Part shown: positions 33,373 to 46,379 of the stretch, one piece after another | How the letters are laid out: every line of letters begins with the position of its first letter | Position numbering within the stretch: the first letter of the stretch is position 1 | Assembly: GCF_000315625.1 (NCBI RefSeq) | Contig: NW_005434608.1 | Span: 83,449 to 147,448 of the forward strand | DNA length: 64,000 bases | Source: Guillardia theta CCMP2712 | Taxonomy: Eukaryota; Protista; Cryptophyta | Direction: 5' to 3' | The notes under the pieces: generated by a model | Databases searched by the model: none | Told to the model about the DNA's origin: nothing | What the model saw: the letters and a program-made list of their open reading frames with translations, nothing else | Made by a program: the position numbers and the translations under genes

Positions 33373-33821
33373 ACAACCGGCGCGGCTTGGGTTGGAATGA
33401 TCATAAGTTAGTGGAACCATATGAAAATGGAATCCGATTGTAGTTTGTGTTTGATCTAAGTTTGTTGATTGTTGTTTTAGTACACTGACTGATTTTCTGC
33501 GGCGGGCGGGTGACTCAGTGACCGGGCCGGGTGAGAGACTCTCACTGGGCTCGATGATCATCAGAGTCGGAGTCAGAAGTAGTAGTACCACTGAAACTTT
33601 ACTCATCTCCCACAATTTCTTGCTATATCCGGCATATTAAATGTGGTGGAACGATCAATTAACCCACCAGTGTCCAGTTGTTCTATACTCTGGGATTCAG
33701 GGGGTATTGATATAAACTATTTTATATGGTAGAAAAAAAGATACTACAAAGAAGTAACTAAACTTGTGTTGTATTCTCGTTCCTATTGTACTGCTGGACG
33801 CCTTGCATAGCCTTGCGAGGC

Positions 33822-36800
33822 ATGGCAGGCAGGCTGAGGGGAGAGGAGGGCGAGCATGGCGAGAGCGCCGCCATGCTCTCTGAAACTGAGCCAAGAAGGA
33901 ATCCAGTGAACCTAGCTAGACCAGAGCTCTCCTTTGTTGAAGGCTGTGTACCTCGAGGAGTGAAGCAAAGGTGCGAAAACGTGGAGGGCGGACAAAAATT
34001 GCCATCGCAAGGGAGGAGTGAGAGCACGAGGGGGAGGCTGAAGAAGATCCCTCGCGGAGCATCCCTGCATGGTCTCTTTGTGCTCTTTGTCTCTGTTTGC
34101 ACCTGGAACTCCTTCGCATCAGGTTTATACAGAGATGGGTATGAGGTGGTGGAAACCGGACCTGGAGGCTTCTTCGGCGCGTTCCTTGACAATGACTCAG
34201 GAACAGCATGGTTCGGCATCGACGACAGCCCTGCACGACTGATCAGAGTGGATCTGAACACCATGACTGTCACAGGGAAGCTGGAGCTCCGCAAAGACGA
34301 GCAGCGGCTGTGGTGCATGGTGAAACATGGAAACTTTGGTTACATTGGGGTAGAGTCGCCAGGAGGGAGGCTGGTTGGAGTGGACCTGGACAAGATGGAG
34401 CGTCTAGGATATGCAACGGCGTCCAACTTTCCCCTGCTCGCTGGAAGAGTTGTCGGCAACTACGGTTACTTCTCTGCCGGATCGAACCCCGCCACGGTCA
34501 TGCGCCTGCATCTGCTGCAGATGCAGCAAGGGAAGTGCCAGGACTGGGATCAGTGCAGGTTCGAAGTTGCTCTGCAGCAAGGAGAGGAAGCAGTGCGCTC
34601 GATCTTCCCGGATGCGAACGAGCAGCACATTTTCCTGGCCCTCTACACCTCCCCTGGTAGGATCGTCAAGCTGGCGATTCCGAGCTTGACCCGAGTGGCG
34701 CATCTGGATCTTGCTCCTGGAGAGGACAAGATCCTCAGCGGAGTCCGGTACGGTGACTATGGCATCTTCGGTACTGCCACGTCACCTGGTCGGCTGTTGA
34801 AGATTCACCTCCCCAGCATGACGAAGACAGCCTCGCTGACGCTGGTGGACGGGGAGGACAGGCCGGCTACCATCATCGTCAAGGGGAGGCATGCCTTCAT
34901 CGGGTTCGGCTCTGCCTGGGCTGAAGGGACTTCCTCCGTGCTCAAGGTGGACCTGGAGAGGATGGTGCGCGTTAGCGCCATCATCACCAAGGAGGGTCAG
35001 ACTTGGCTCTACACGGGTCTCGGGTACGGCAAGTACGCCTTCTTCGGTACCCGGGGCACCGCCACCTCCAAGCATGCTACCATCCTGCGGGTCAACACGA
35101 ACCCCACCTTCCCCGGCATCCCCATCCCCCCCGTCTTCAACCGCAGCGGCTCCGACTACATCGAGCTCAACTGGCTCAGGGAGTACCCCGAGTACCACAA
35201 CGGCGGCGCTCCCATCATTGGCGCTCGCGTTCTCCTGCGGCCTTCGAACCATCACGACTGGACGAGCGAGCATGTGTACGGCTATGCTGCTCCTGACCCC
35301 GCAGCTCCCAAGAACAGGTCGAGCGTGCAGCTCCCATTGCACCTTCTCCCTCCTCCCTTGCTTCTCTTGTTCTTTAGCCATTTACAACCCCCCTCCTCCC
35401 TCCTCCCTCCTCCCTCCTCCCTCCTCCCTCCTCCCTCCTCCCTCCTCCCCTCCTCCCTCCTCCCTCCTCCCCTGCTTCCTGGCAGATACAGTGACCAAAT
35501 CACTTCTCTCTCCCCCCCCTCTCCTTCCTTCTATCACCCCGCCTCTCTGCTTCCGTTCCGAACCACAATGATGTCATGCCAGGATTTCGCGTGTCCATGA
35601 GGAGCCGGTGGACCTCGAAGCGCACGGGTATGTGGCGCGGGTGGATCAGTTGGACGCAGAGAGCGGCTACAAGTTCGCCGTCATCCTGACCAACGAAGTG
35701 GGTCCGAGCCATAGGAGCAGGAGCTCGCTCGAGATGAGAACTGCCGTCTCCTATGTGGTGGAGCTCTGCTGGGTCGGCTTCGTCCTGCTCGTCTGCGCCA
35801 TCCTCGGCGCCATCTACTACTTCGGGGTGAGCCTTGCTCCCCGGTTGGACGCGCTGTATTGGGACAACGAGAGCGAGGAGGAAGCAGGGAGCTCCCTGCT
35901 GAGGAGCGGGAAGGTCTTCATCTCCTCTACCATCCCACTGACTGGCTCCTCTGCTGGGGTCGACCTGCCGGAGGAAGGGAGGAAGGGACTGAGAGCCGTG
36001 GCGGGCAAGGTCGCCAACTCCTTCTCCTCGTGGATCAGTCAGCCCAACGCCGTCCGGAAGCTGCTCGGGGGGGTGACCCTCTTCTCCGTCCTCGGATCTT
36101 CTTCGGTCGCCCTCCAGTACCTTCTCATCGTCTTCGTCCACCAGCAGCAGCCGTGGCTCGAGAAGCCCTCCCGCTACCTCTACAGCATCGTCACCGTCGT
36201 CTGTAGCGGCGCCCTTGCATGGGCCATGGCCTCTGCCTTTGCGGCTCTTCAGGTGGCGCAGGGCGGCCGAGATTGAGGAAATCTGATGAAGTTGACAGGC
36301 CAGAGAGTACGACCATGCGCGAAGAGTTGCCGTCGCGTCGCTTCTCGTTGCATGGGCGACCATGATCTCTTCCATCACCGTACTGCTTTTCTCCTCCTCC
36401 TCCTCCTCCTCCTCCTCCTGCTCCTCCTCCTGCTCCTCCTCCTGCTCCTCCTGCTCCTCCTGCTCCTCCTGCTCCTCCTCCTCCTCCTCCTCCTCACCAA
36501 GCATCGCAGGTGATCATTGCATGGACCTCTTCTCATCTCTCCCCTGATACGGTAAGTGCAAACATGCCGAGCCGAGATTCGAAGGGGCAGGGGCATATAG
36601 CTCATTTGAAGAGAAAGGGGGAAGAGAAGGAGGGAGGGAGGTCGTGGGGAATGACGAGGAGGAGGAGTTGAGGAGCTGATGAGCATGGTAGGCGGCCATC
36701 ACTGCATGGGCCTCATCTTTCTGCCTTGTCTTCGGCCTGGTAACTCTCCCCCACAAACTGCTCGGCCTGACTCTTCCAAGCTGGGGGTCGTCGTGGAGAC

Positions 36801-36849
36801 CGTCATCTCTATCCTAAGGACCCATGGACAGGTGAGAATGCCCATCTGA
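33822..36849 (+). CDS. Membrane protein: signal anchor, beta-propeller-like repeats, FN3 domain, several C-terminal TM helices
   Basis: Repeated SPGR(I/L)(V/L)K(L/I)xLxx(M/L) blades; FN3 motifs (LNW...NGGAPIIG, YKFAV...NEVG); hydrophobic segments in 35750-36250. The 3' exons are approximate. Confidence 0.7.
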
Positions 36850-36869
36850 CGTCGAGCTGGTCTGATGTA

Positions 36870-38240
36870 CCCGCAGCCCGCGCAGACCGTCACTCTCCCG
36901 GAGCTGGGACTCTCCGACTGGTTGACAGAGCGACTTTAGTCAGCTGCTGCCAGTCGGTGGGATAGAGCCTCCTCCTCCTCCTCCTCCTCCTTCTCCCTTC
37001 CTCTCCCACACCCTCGTCAGTGTGATAGGCAAGAGCTGGATCAAGGCATCGCCTCCCCCAGCAAGGGCCCCAACACGTCGAGGAGCCCGAGAGATCAGTG
37101 AGGGAGCAGGTCAGAGCTTGAGAGGCGCTAGCACGACTCATGTGCTTGCCTCAAGTGCATTTTGCTGCTGTTGGACCAGCAGCAGCCCAAGGAATCGGAG
37201 GAGGGGAGGAGGGGGAGGGGTAGGGGAGGGGTCAGAGCCGGGACTGAGGGGTTCTGGCTTCATTTGAAGGGGTTTATAAAACAATCACTGTACAGATGTA
37301 GTAGGGCGTCCCTGCTGGAAGGGAGTAGGGGTTTCCATCCTCCCCTTCCCCCGCAAAGTGCTGGTAGATCTCCACAATCTGCTCACAGTCCACGTCATGC
37401 CGTCAACCGCATCAGCAGCAGCACTCACGCTGCCCAGCACGTAGTCCACCAGGCCTCCTGCCTTGGTCTTCGCCGCCTCCAGAGACTCTTGAGAGAGGTA
37501 GCGGAAGGGGCAGCTGCGATGGAAGGCAATGAAGTTTCTGACATCAGGGTATGTAAGAGAATTGTAAACAAGATTTATACTCCCTTTCTCCTCCTTCCCC
37601 TCCCTTGCCCCCTCTTCCTTCATCCTTCGTTCTACCGCTTCTGCATCCCCCCCAATCTTCTTTCCCTTCCCCTCTCCCCCTTTTCATCCCTCCCTTACTC
37701 CCTATCCCTCCCCCCGCCCTCTCCCTCTTCTTGATCTGCTTACCCAGAGCTGGTGGGCAGGAACAAAGCCGTGTCCCCTGCCTCGAAGGACGTGAAGGAA
37801 ATCTTGCTCTTCGAACACATCTTCCACAACTCCTCCCTTTCCCTCAATTGCCTGACCTCTTCCACAAGATCGTCCGAGCTCAACCTCCCATGCCCCCCAA
37901 GAGCTGAGGGAGCCTGCGGCACAGCACAAGATCAGATGAGAAGGGGGAGTAAACGAAGACAGCTGCCTTGTTCGACGAGCAGATGTCAACAAGGCTTTTC
38001 TTCAGCTCTGCTATCTTGGACCTCGACTTCTCTAGCTCTCGTCTCAGCGTCTCCACGTCCATCTCCTCCACTGGCAGAGCATCTTCCAGCTCGTCGAGGT
38101 TCACCCAGTCGCTCTCCCCGTACGAATGTCGGTCACCCGCCTCCATCAGGTTGGATCTATCGGGAATTTCCTGCTGGTGCGATCGCCGAGCCCTGAAACC
38201 AGACAGTCAACTACTTCCTGAAAGGAGACATCTGATCATG
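36870..38240 (-). CDS. Small protein with a coiled coil and an ATG11/RB1CC1 C-terminal (claw) domain
   Basis: SKISFTSFEAGDTALFLPT...NFIAFHRSCPFRYLSQESL...DYVLG matches the ATG11 C-terminal signature. Both ends are approximate. Confidence 0.7.
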
Positions 38241-38418
38241 CTTATATCTAGCTTCCAGTGCGCTTGTTTTCCGTCAGACAGAGCGGAGATAGCCATGAAA
38301 AAAAACTGGGTAATACAGATATGCCAACCTCCCACTCCCCATCCCCTTCCTTCTCTGTGGGCCGTCCCTGTCCTATTACTCCCAGCTCCTATCCCTGATC
38401 TTCCCTCCTTCCCTGTCC

Positions 38419-38477
<59 letters not shown>

Positions 38478-38637
38478 CCCTGCTCCTGCCCCTGCTCCCC
38501 TCCCTCTTCTACCTTCCTCACTCGCCTCTCCTACCCCTCGCCATCTTGTTCTGTCCTTGCCCCCAAATATCTTTTTTGGGGTTTTACAGTACATAACCCG
38601 TCTTTTTCTTTTTCTTTCTTTTACACCCCGACAGCCC

Positions 38638-40611
38638 ATGGCAAGTTCTCTCACTTTCCCGCTCCTCTTCACCATGGCGGCGATCGCAGCAGCAGACATG
38701 AAGTCTCTATCCTCTCTGCATTGTAACAGTCGCTCAACTCGTCCGGCGTCCTCCTCTGCCTTCCTTCCCTCCTGCCCGATGCAGCGTCTCCACCCCTCCC
38801 ACTCACCCTGTCCGAGGAGAGCTGGGGTCTATGGATATCCGAGCTACAGGCTGGTCAGCAGGAGGGCGAACAGGTTGGAAATGAGCGAGGTTACCTATCT
38901 TATGTACCTTCATGCTGCCCATCCTGATCCTCCTGATCTATAGACAAAGACTAGCACTTCCTCCTCGATCCTCAGCATTTTCTGCCCTTTGTTGAAGTTG
39001 TTCTCGAAGTAAGTTCCGATCCTCCTCCTCCTCCTCCTCAATCCTCCTCCTCCTCCTCAATCCTCCTCCTCCTCCTCAATCCTCCTCCTCCTCCTCCTCC
39101 TCCTCCTCAATCCTCCTCAATCCTCCTCCTCCTCCTCTTCAATCCTCCTCCTCCTCCTCCTCCTCCTCTTCAATCCTCCTCCTCCTCCTCCTCCTCCTCT
39201 TCAATCCTCCTCCTCCTCCTCAATCCTTCCCTTCAACCTCACTGCTACCCCGCTTGCTCGTTCCTCCTCCTTGTCGCTTCCATGCGCTCACGAGATCCTG
39301 CACAGCTCAGATCCCACTGCGCCTCGGAATAAGGGGATGGAAACGGCTCTAACAGGTACGGGAGTCGATAACTAGAGCTCCTCTTGATCAGGCCATGTCG
39401 CCCTCCCAGCATGATCCTCTTCTTTCTCGCTTGTCACAGGATTCTCTTCCATGGCGCGACTTCCCTGGGGCAGCCAAGTGTCGCCTCTTGCAGCGTCGAG
39501 GCCACAGCCTCCGCTGCCTATCAAGATCTATGAATTTGAAGCCTGTCCCTTCTGCAGGTTCATACACCTGATGCAGGAGTAGGAGTAGGAAGGTGACGAT
39601 GGGGAGGAGTAGGGGCAAGAGTAGGAGCAGGAGAAAGAGGCGGAGGTGGTACTGGTGGAGGAAATGTTGACGACGATGATTTCGATGAAGGCTTGTGCGG
39701 GAGGTGATTACCTTCCTCGATTTGGAAGTCGAAGTCTACCCCTGCCCAAAGGGCTCTCAGTTCCACAGGGCGATCGTGAGCCGCTCGCTCTGCGCGCCGG
39801 AGCCGTCCTGACCCTTGTGGTTGCGTTTCAGGTAGAGGAGAAGGGAGGGAGACAGATGTTTCCGTTCTTGGTGGATGAGAACACTGGAGTGAGCATGTAC
39901 GAGTCCTCGGAGATCGTCCGCTACCTCCTTCGCACCTATGCCAACGGGGCCGAGACCCCTCCATTCCTCTTCCAGAGTGTCCTGCTATCAGGTACAGCAT
40001 TACACCGCGCCATGCCGCGCTGACGAGGAGCGAGGTTGGGTCCCCACGCTCCTGCGAGCTGGGAGGGGGATGATGCGCTTCGACCGGGCGGTGGAGGAGC
40101 AGCCAAGGAAGCTTCTGGAGCTGTACAGGTCCTTCTGCTTCCTCTCCCTTCCGATCCTCACTCCCTGCTCTCAGTTACGAGAACAATCAGTTCTGCAGGT
40201 GGGGGAGAGCTGTAGGAGCCCGTGCTCTCCTCTCATGGTATACAGGCTGGTGCGGGAAGCTCTGTGCGAGCTGGAGCTGCCGTACAAGCTCATCAGTGCC
40301 GGCAAGGGGGTAAGTGGAGCTGTTCCTCCAGCATGCTGGTGACCCCTTCCTGTCCCGCACCCTCAGTCTCAGAATGGGAGGGAGAAACTGCAGGTGTGGA
40401 AGAGGAGGAGGAGGAGGAGGAGGCTGTTGCAGTGAGGTTGGAACAGGGGATCCAAGGATCGACGAGATGTCCTTACCTGGTCGATCCTAATACAGACAAG
40501 GTATGGAGGGAGGGGAGGGAAAAGTTGCTGAGGGTGACACGTCGACTGCAGCAAGTTTCTGATTCTGCGGAGATCATGAAATACTTGTTCGAGAACTACG
40601 TCAGGGCGTGA
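38638..40611 (+). CDS. Plastid-targeted protein with two GST N-terminal (thioredoxin-fold) domains
   Basis: Presequence with SSAF; IYEFEACPFCR, VYPCPKGS, FPFLVDENTGVSMYESSEIVRYL; second domain YENNQFCRLVREALCELELPY...PYLVDPNT...DSAEIMKYL. Confidence 0.88.
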
Positions 40612-40914
40612 GGAGAGATTTGACGCTCGCAGACAATCAAGGGATGGAGATGTGGTAGAGTCGATCGATAGATTTAGCCGCACATTGGCGAGTAGAGGTC
40701 CTTCGAAACATTCAGCTCTGCTGTAAAGTCTCGACGGGAGCATAAGGGGGTTGGGGGGAGGGTCTCAAGTCCTCAGCTGCATTAAATCCGTTGAATCGTA
40801 AGACGTGAAGGGAGAGGGAGGAGGAGACTTTGTTTCTTCAAGGCGCCTCACGTTGATATTGCTGATGTCCAGGAATGCGGCAGCTATCAACTCAGTTCGG
40901 CTCCTCTCTTCTCT

Positions 40915-41532
40915 TCACTTCCTAAACTTCTTCAGCATCTCCAACGCACTCACTTTCGGCTTCGCTGTCTTCTGTGCATTGTCTGCACTGTTGCTCGATG
41001 CTGCAGAGCTCTGCGCTGCTCCCGTCGCGCCAGGAGCCGCGCCCTTGCTCCTGTCTTGGCTCGCGCTTGTCCAGCTTCGCCCTGATGACGGCTTCTTCTC
41101 CAACTCCTCATCCTCATCCGAATCATTGTTTGCTATCAGTGCCTTCATCACGTTGTCTGCTACCATCTGACACATGTCCTTCTTCTTCTCCTCGTGTGTA
41201 TGAGGTGCTGCCTCCTCTGATCCTCCCAGCCTCTTGTTGTCCTCCTTGCTGGCCCCCTGGCCTGAACTCTGCGATTTCTCCTCCTCATGCTCATTCGACA
41301 ACGACGCTGCTTTGACACGCCCTGAGTCTGAGTTGCTGATTGTTTCCACCTTGACTTCTGACTCCCTGCTCCCTCCTCCTTTGGAAACTTGTGCTCGGCG
41401 CCGCTTCCGGCTCTCGTCTAGCGGCTCGTCGTCGTCCAGCTCTACGACCTCATCCTTCACTGCCGCGCGCCCCTGGCGCTGAGGACGATTCTTCATAGGG
41501 CTCGGGGGGATTTCGATGGCCGGAATTACTTC

Positions 41533-41571
<39 letters not shown>

Positions 41572-42249
41572 AAGTCGACTAGAAGCTTTCTTGCGTGCGT
41601 GCAAGATCTGGTGCCGGGGTCTCTTCCGTGACGTCTGCGCTTTCGACTCATTGGAGCTCTGAGGCTTCTTCCTCCCTCCCTTGCTACTCGTGCTCTCTTT
41701 GATGACCTCCTCCATCCAGCTCGGCACTTGCCTTCCCGATTTCAGCGTGTACACCCCACGGACGATCTTCCCCTCTGAGGGTCCGGCCTCTCTGCCATTC
41801 GAGCCGTGCTGGGCATCGGAAGCAAACACTCCTCCCTCCTCCCTTTTCACGCTTCCTCCCTCCCCACTACTCGCTGCCGCCGCTGATCCGGACGAGTCAG
41901 CCTTGCCGGCCTGCTCGTCATCGAAGCACAACAACAAGACCGCAGCGAAATGCTTACATTTCCCGCCACACTTGGAACCATCTCCACAATTACAACTCTG
42001 ATCCGTCCATCCTCCACCCTCCACAAGACGCAATGATACTTGATATAGTTCTGTGCCCGATACATCAGCAGTCACCCTCCCGCTGACGGAGCGGAACCCA
42101 ATCACAGACTTCTCCTGCAGGATCTCCTCTGCCTTGTCGATCTTCTTGTTCGATCGAGGTCCCATGAAGGCTTCGAGGTCTTCCTTCAGCTTCTCTCTCC
42201 CTCCATCCTCCCTCCTCTCCGCTTGCCATGCTCCAAGAGTGGTGGACAT
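40915..42249 (-). CDS. SWIM zinc-finger protein with a long disordered C-terminus, intronless
   Basis: VSGTELYQVSL...SCNCGDGSKCGGKCKHFAAVLL. Confidence 0.8.
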
Positions 42250-43026
42250 GAAAGATAGCTGAGAGGACGTGAGGGGTGGGGGGTCTATTGTAGTGGGTGG
42301 GGGTTACCGATTGTGACCAGTAGGCCCTTTTATCTAGGAGAAGCACTACTGATAAGTTGACTTACATGGCCTATGTGCTTATGCAAGGGGTGGGGGTACA
42401 TCTGAACCGGTTATGCCATTTTCTATGAAACATGGTTTTCGCAATCAAGGTCAAATTTTCAAACAAATTGAACTTTTTGGATATGTTTGTTTAGATTTTT
42501 TATCAAATTTGAAATTTAATGGACAAAGTTACCACCAAATACTGAAGCTTGACTGAAATTTGGAAATTCTTGTGCTCCCAAAGTACCCTACCCCTTTCCC
42601 CCTCCTTCATACACGCGGGAAAGCACCGGTGCTTGACACTTCTGTTCGGACCGACCACAATGCTTGGCGCAGCACACGTGCTTGAGCCAGCAGCTTTCCA
42701 GTCCTCCTCCTCCTCCTCCTCCTCCTCCTCCCCTTGTTGACTAGTCGTTGTCTTCCTCTCAGTCTAGAAGCTCTTCCTCCTCTTGTACCCGTCCTCATCG
42801 AGGCTCTTTCCTTGTGCTCGGCTTCGCCTACTGCAGTCTCATACTTTGTCCTTTGGGATCAACTGAAGATAAGGCCGTTAGAGCACAGAAGACAGCAGTC
42901 AAGGTCTTGATCAGGGGTCCTGTTGACTGAACAAGAGTCCCTGGATTTCATCGGCCTTTTCTTGCAGCAGCAGCTGCCGTTCTTGTTTCCCATTGCTTGT
43001 CTTGATCTCAGCTATCTTCAAAGGAA

Positions 43027-43308
43027 ATGGAAAGCCCGGCATCGCACATGTCAGAAGATGAGAAGAGTAACATTTCAGACAGATCAGCAACAAGCTCAGC
43101 TGGTTTGGAGCTGGAAGATTCTTGTCAAGCATGGATGTCGCTTCCGCGGAATGTTGCCCCTAAGAGCTCCTGCAAGGATTGGATGGACAAACCGACTTCT
43201 ATCACCGAGACCCTCGAGTCAGACGTGCAGGCCAGTAGCAGGCAAGGAGTTGTCGTATCCTACTTGCTCGCAGACGGATTAGGCGTGACTCCTCTCTTTA
43301 CCATGTAA
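43027..43308 (+). CDS. Short hypothetical protein (93 aa)
   Basis: ATG-initiated ORF divergent from the SWIM gene, with ACCCTACCCC upstream (~42585). Confidence 0.35.
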   Translation: MESPASHMSEDEKSNISDRSATSSAGLELEDSCQAWMSLPRNVAPKSSCKDWMDKPTSITETLESDVQASSRQGVVVSYLLADGLGVTPLFTM

Positions 43309-43459
43309 GAAAACGTGACAAGAGTTGATGTTGACATGTTCATGTTCAATCAAATATCTTCCCTTCCCCTTTCCTTCTCTTGTTGAACCCACCACCACCA
43401 CCACCTCCTCCCCCCCCCTTCTCTCTCTCTCTCTCTCTTCATCATCCCCGTCCTCGACT

Positions 43460-46160
43460 TTCACCCATCTGTCATCGAGTACAACTCATCCGAACTCGAT
43501 CTCTGATTCCGAGCTCGAGACTTGTGCATATCGATCCCTCTCCTCCTCCACTCCTGATCTGATGTCAAGATCCCCTATCTGTTCGCTTGTGTATGCGGGT
43601 CTCTCAGGAGACGAGGAGCCTCCCCCCTGCTCCAGCTCCCTCCCAACCACACTCCCGTCCCCAAACATCCTGTCGCTCATCTCTGGCATGGCGAAGTCTT
43701 GCTGCCACCGCGCTTCCATGGGCGTGTCCTCCCGCCATATCGCAGCCTCATCCTGCCCATCTGCGACATGTCACCAGAAGATTCAGAGAGGAGAGGAGGT
43801 CTACCTCCCATGAACGGCTGGAACTTGGGAGGATCAAGATCCCACAGCCCTTCTTCTGCTCCTCCTGCCCCTCCCGCTCCTGCTTCCAACTCCCACGTGC
43901 CAAGTCTCCCTCCCGCTCCCCCTCCTGCTCCTGACTGGAAGTCCCACATCCCCGCAGCAGCTGCTCCTGCTCCTACCACTCCTCCAGCTGGCTGGAAGTC
44001 CCACATTCCTCCTCCCATAGCAGGGTTGTTGCTCCAAAGGTCTTGCGCCACCTCGTCTCCCTGCTGCATCTGGAGCCCGACCTGCAAAGAGATCAGCACA
44101 GGATGAGAATGACGGTGGAGAGCAGGAGGAGAGGAGAGAGGAGCGGTGGAAAGATGGAAAGGGGCAGGTGGAAGGGAGAGGAAGGAAAGGGACAGGGAAA
44201 AAGGAGGGAAAAGGAGGGGGAGAGGAGGAAGGAGGGAGGTCAGAGGTAGAAGGGAAGAGGAGAGGAAGATGGGAGGCAGGATGGGAGGGAGGATGGGAGG
44301 GAGAAGGGGAGGGAGGAGGGGAGGGAAGAGGGGAGGCAGGGCTAACATGTTCCATATCAGGGAACTCTTCTTCTCTGGAACAAAAGCATTAGGGTTTGCC
44401 CGTCAGTCGATCGCCTTTACCTCTGGTTGTCATACTGTGCTCTTGCACGTGCAATCGCCTCAGTCAGACTGTCACCCTGCTGTCTCGTCGCATCCTTCTT
44501 CCCTTCCTCGCCCTCCCCTTCGTTGTTCCCTTCCCACCCTCTTCCCTCCTCCTGCTCTTCGGCCTCCTTCAGCGGTCTCTCTACGGTCTTGTTGAAGTTC
44601 TGCTGGTCCAATTTCTCCTCCTGCTCCTCTGCACCTCCTGCCCCTGCCTCCTTCCACTCCTCCTCCCCCCATCCATGTTCCTTCTCGCTCTTCCCTTCCG
44701 CTGCTACATCGACCTCGTGTGCTACTGCCGCATAGTCATCCTCAGCAGAAACTTCCTCTTTCTCCCCAACGGCTTCTTCCTGCTGCTGCTGCTGCTGCTC
44801 CTCCTCCTCGTCCTGCTCGTCCTGCTCGTCCTGCTCGTCCTGCTCGTCCTGCTCGTCCTCCTGCTCTGCCTCATGAGTAGCATCCATAGTCTGTTCAGCC
44901 CTGGCGTGTTCTTCTGCGTGGGGGTCGCGGATCGTCGATTCAGAAAGCACCATCTCTTGCTCTTGAGTACCATCTCCTGCTCCTGATCTCTCCTCCTGCT
45001 CCCGTTCCTCGTCACGGTGAAATGCCTTGACCTCCACCTTCACTTGGATCAGCACAAGAATAGGATACAGAAAAGTCGCCTCCTCTCCCCTTCGCTGCAC
45101 CTGCAAAACCCCTCTTCCGCTCCTCCACTAACTTGCTCTGGGTATCCTCCTTTCATCCTCCTCGTTGCCTTCCTCCCCTGCTTCCTTTTCCTGCACATCC
45201 TGCCACACTAATCCTTGCCGCCTCCTCGTCCTCGTCCTCGTCCTCGTCCACAGTCTCTCCCTCGACCTCTTCAGTGACAGTTCCCTCCTCCTCACCTCTT
45301 CTGCGCTGCTCTCAAGAACGTGTCTCCTCCCCCGGGAATGGAAGACCTGCCCGAGCAGCCCACGATTACACTGAGAACTGAGCAAGTCATGGTTTTGGGT
45401 CCTTTCCTCGTCTCCCTCCTCTTTTCTCGCTTGCACAGCTGCTGTATCTCTGCACGTCAAACAAGTCAGCACGATCTTTCTAGTTGAGGTCCCCGGCGCC
45501 AACACCTCTCAACTTCTCCCGTGTACTCCAAGTTGATCTCAATCTTCTCGTCTGTGAATGCAATCAGGTTGCCATTGAGTCGCAACACATGCCGGGGCAA
45601 GTTCCAACGCCAAGAAACGCTTCACGTTCAACACTCAACAACTCATCAATCGTTCACATCCTCCACAAAGCTCCTCAGATTTGACAGCTTGAAACGAGAG
45701 TAAGTGTGGATACGGTTCGTCCGACCTGTCTCAGTGTGGAACAGCGACATGTGCTCTTCTTCTCGTGCTTCCCTCAGCAGAGATGCTGATGGAAAAGTCA
45801 CATATCTCGCGGCAAGTCAGCGATCCACTCACAGTCTCTCTCGGATCGCATCCTATGGTTGACGATGTTGCGATCGATCACGATGCCATTCTTCTTCTCC
45901 TCCATTTCAAGGATCTTCCTGCTCCTCGTCTTCACCCACAGCCCAGACCACCACCACCACCACCACCACCACCTCCTCCTCCTCCTCCTCCTCCTCCTCC
46001 TCCTCCTCCTCCTCCTCCTCCTCCTGACCTCTTCGCTCTCACAATCGCCTCACGAAGGCTCACTCGCCCAACTTCCGTTCGGTTGGCTTCTCTATCCTTG
46101 CCCTCGTCTCTGTCGCACATCGTCAAGGAGCGTCAGCCACGTAGCCAGCCCCACTGATAT
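43460..46160 (-). CDS. Acidic/Gly-rich low-complexity coding exons, probably the C-terminal part of the ankyrin gene
   Basis: Exon-like ORFs at 44417-45106, 43677-44082 (MWDFQ repeats) and 43486-43719. Linkage across the gap is uncertain. Confidence 0.4.
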
Positions 46161-46162
46161 CG

Positions 46163-46262
46163 NNNNNNNNNNNNNNNNNNNNNNNNNNNNNNNNNNNNNN
46201 NNNNNNNNNNNNNNNNNNNNNNNNNNNNNNNNNNNNNNNNNNNNNNNNNNNNNNNNNNNNNN
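46163..46262. other. Assembly gap
   Basis: 100 N. Confidence 1.
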
Positions 46263-46379
46263 CCTCCACCCTCTCCCCCCCCCCCCCAAACCCCCTACCT
46301 CCTCCTCCTCCTCCTCCTCCTCCACCACCACCACCACCACCTGTTCTCGGCTGCCAGCTGTTGCTGCAGAAAAGCTCCA

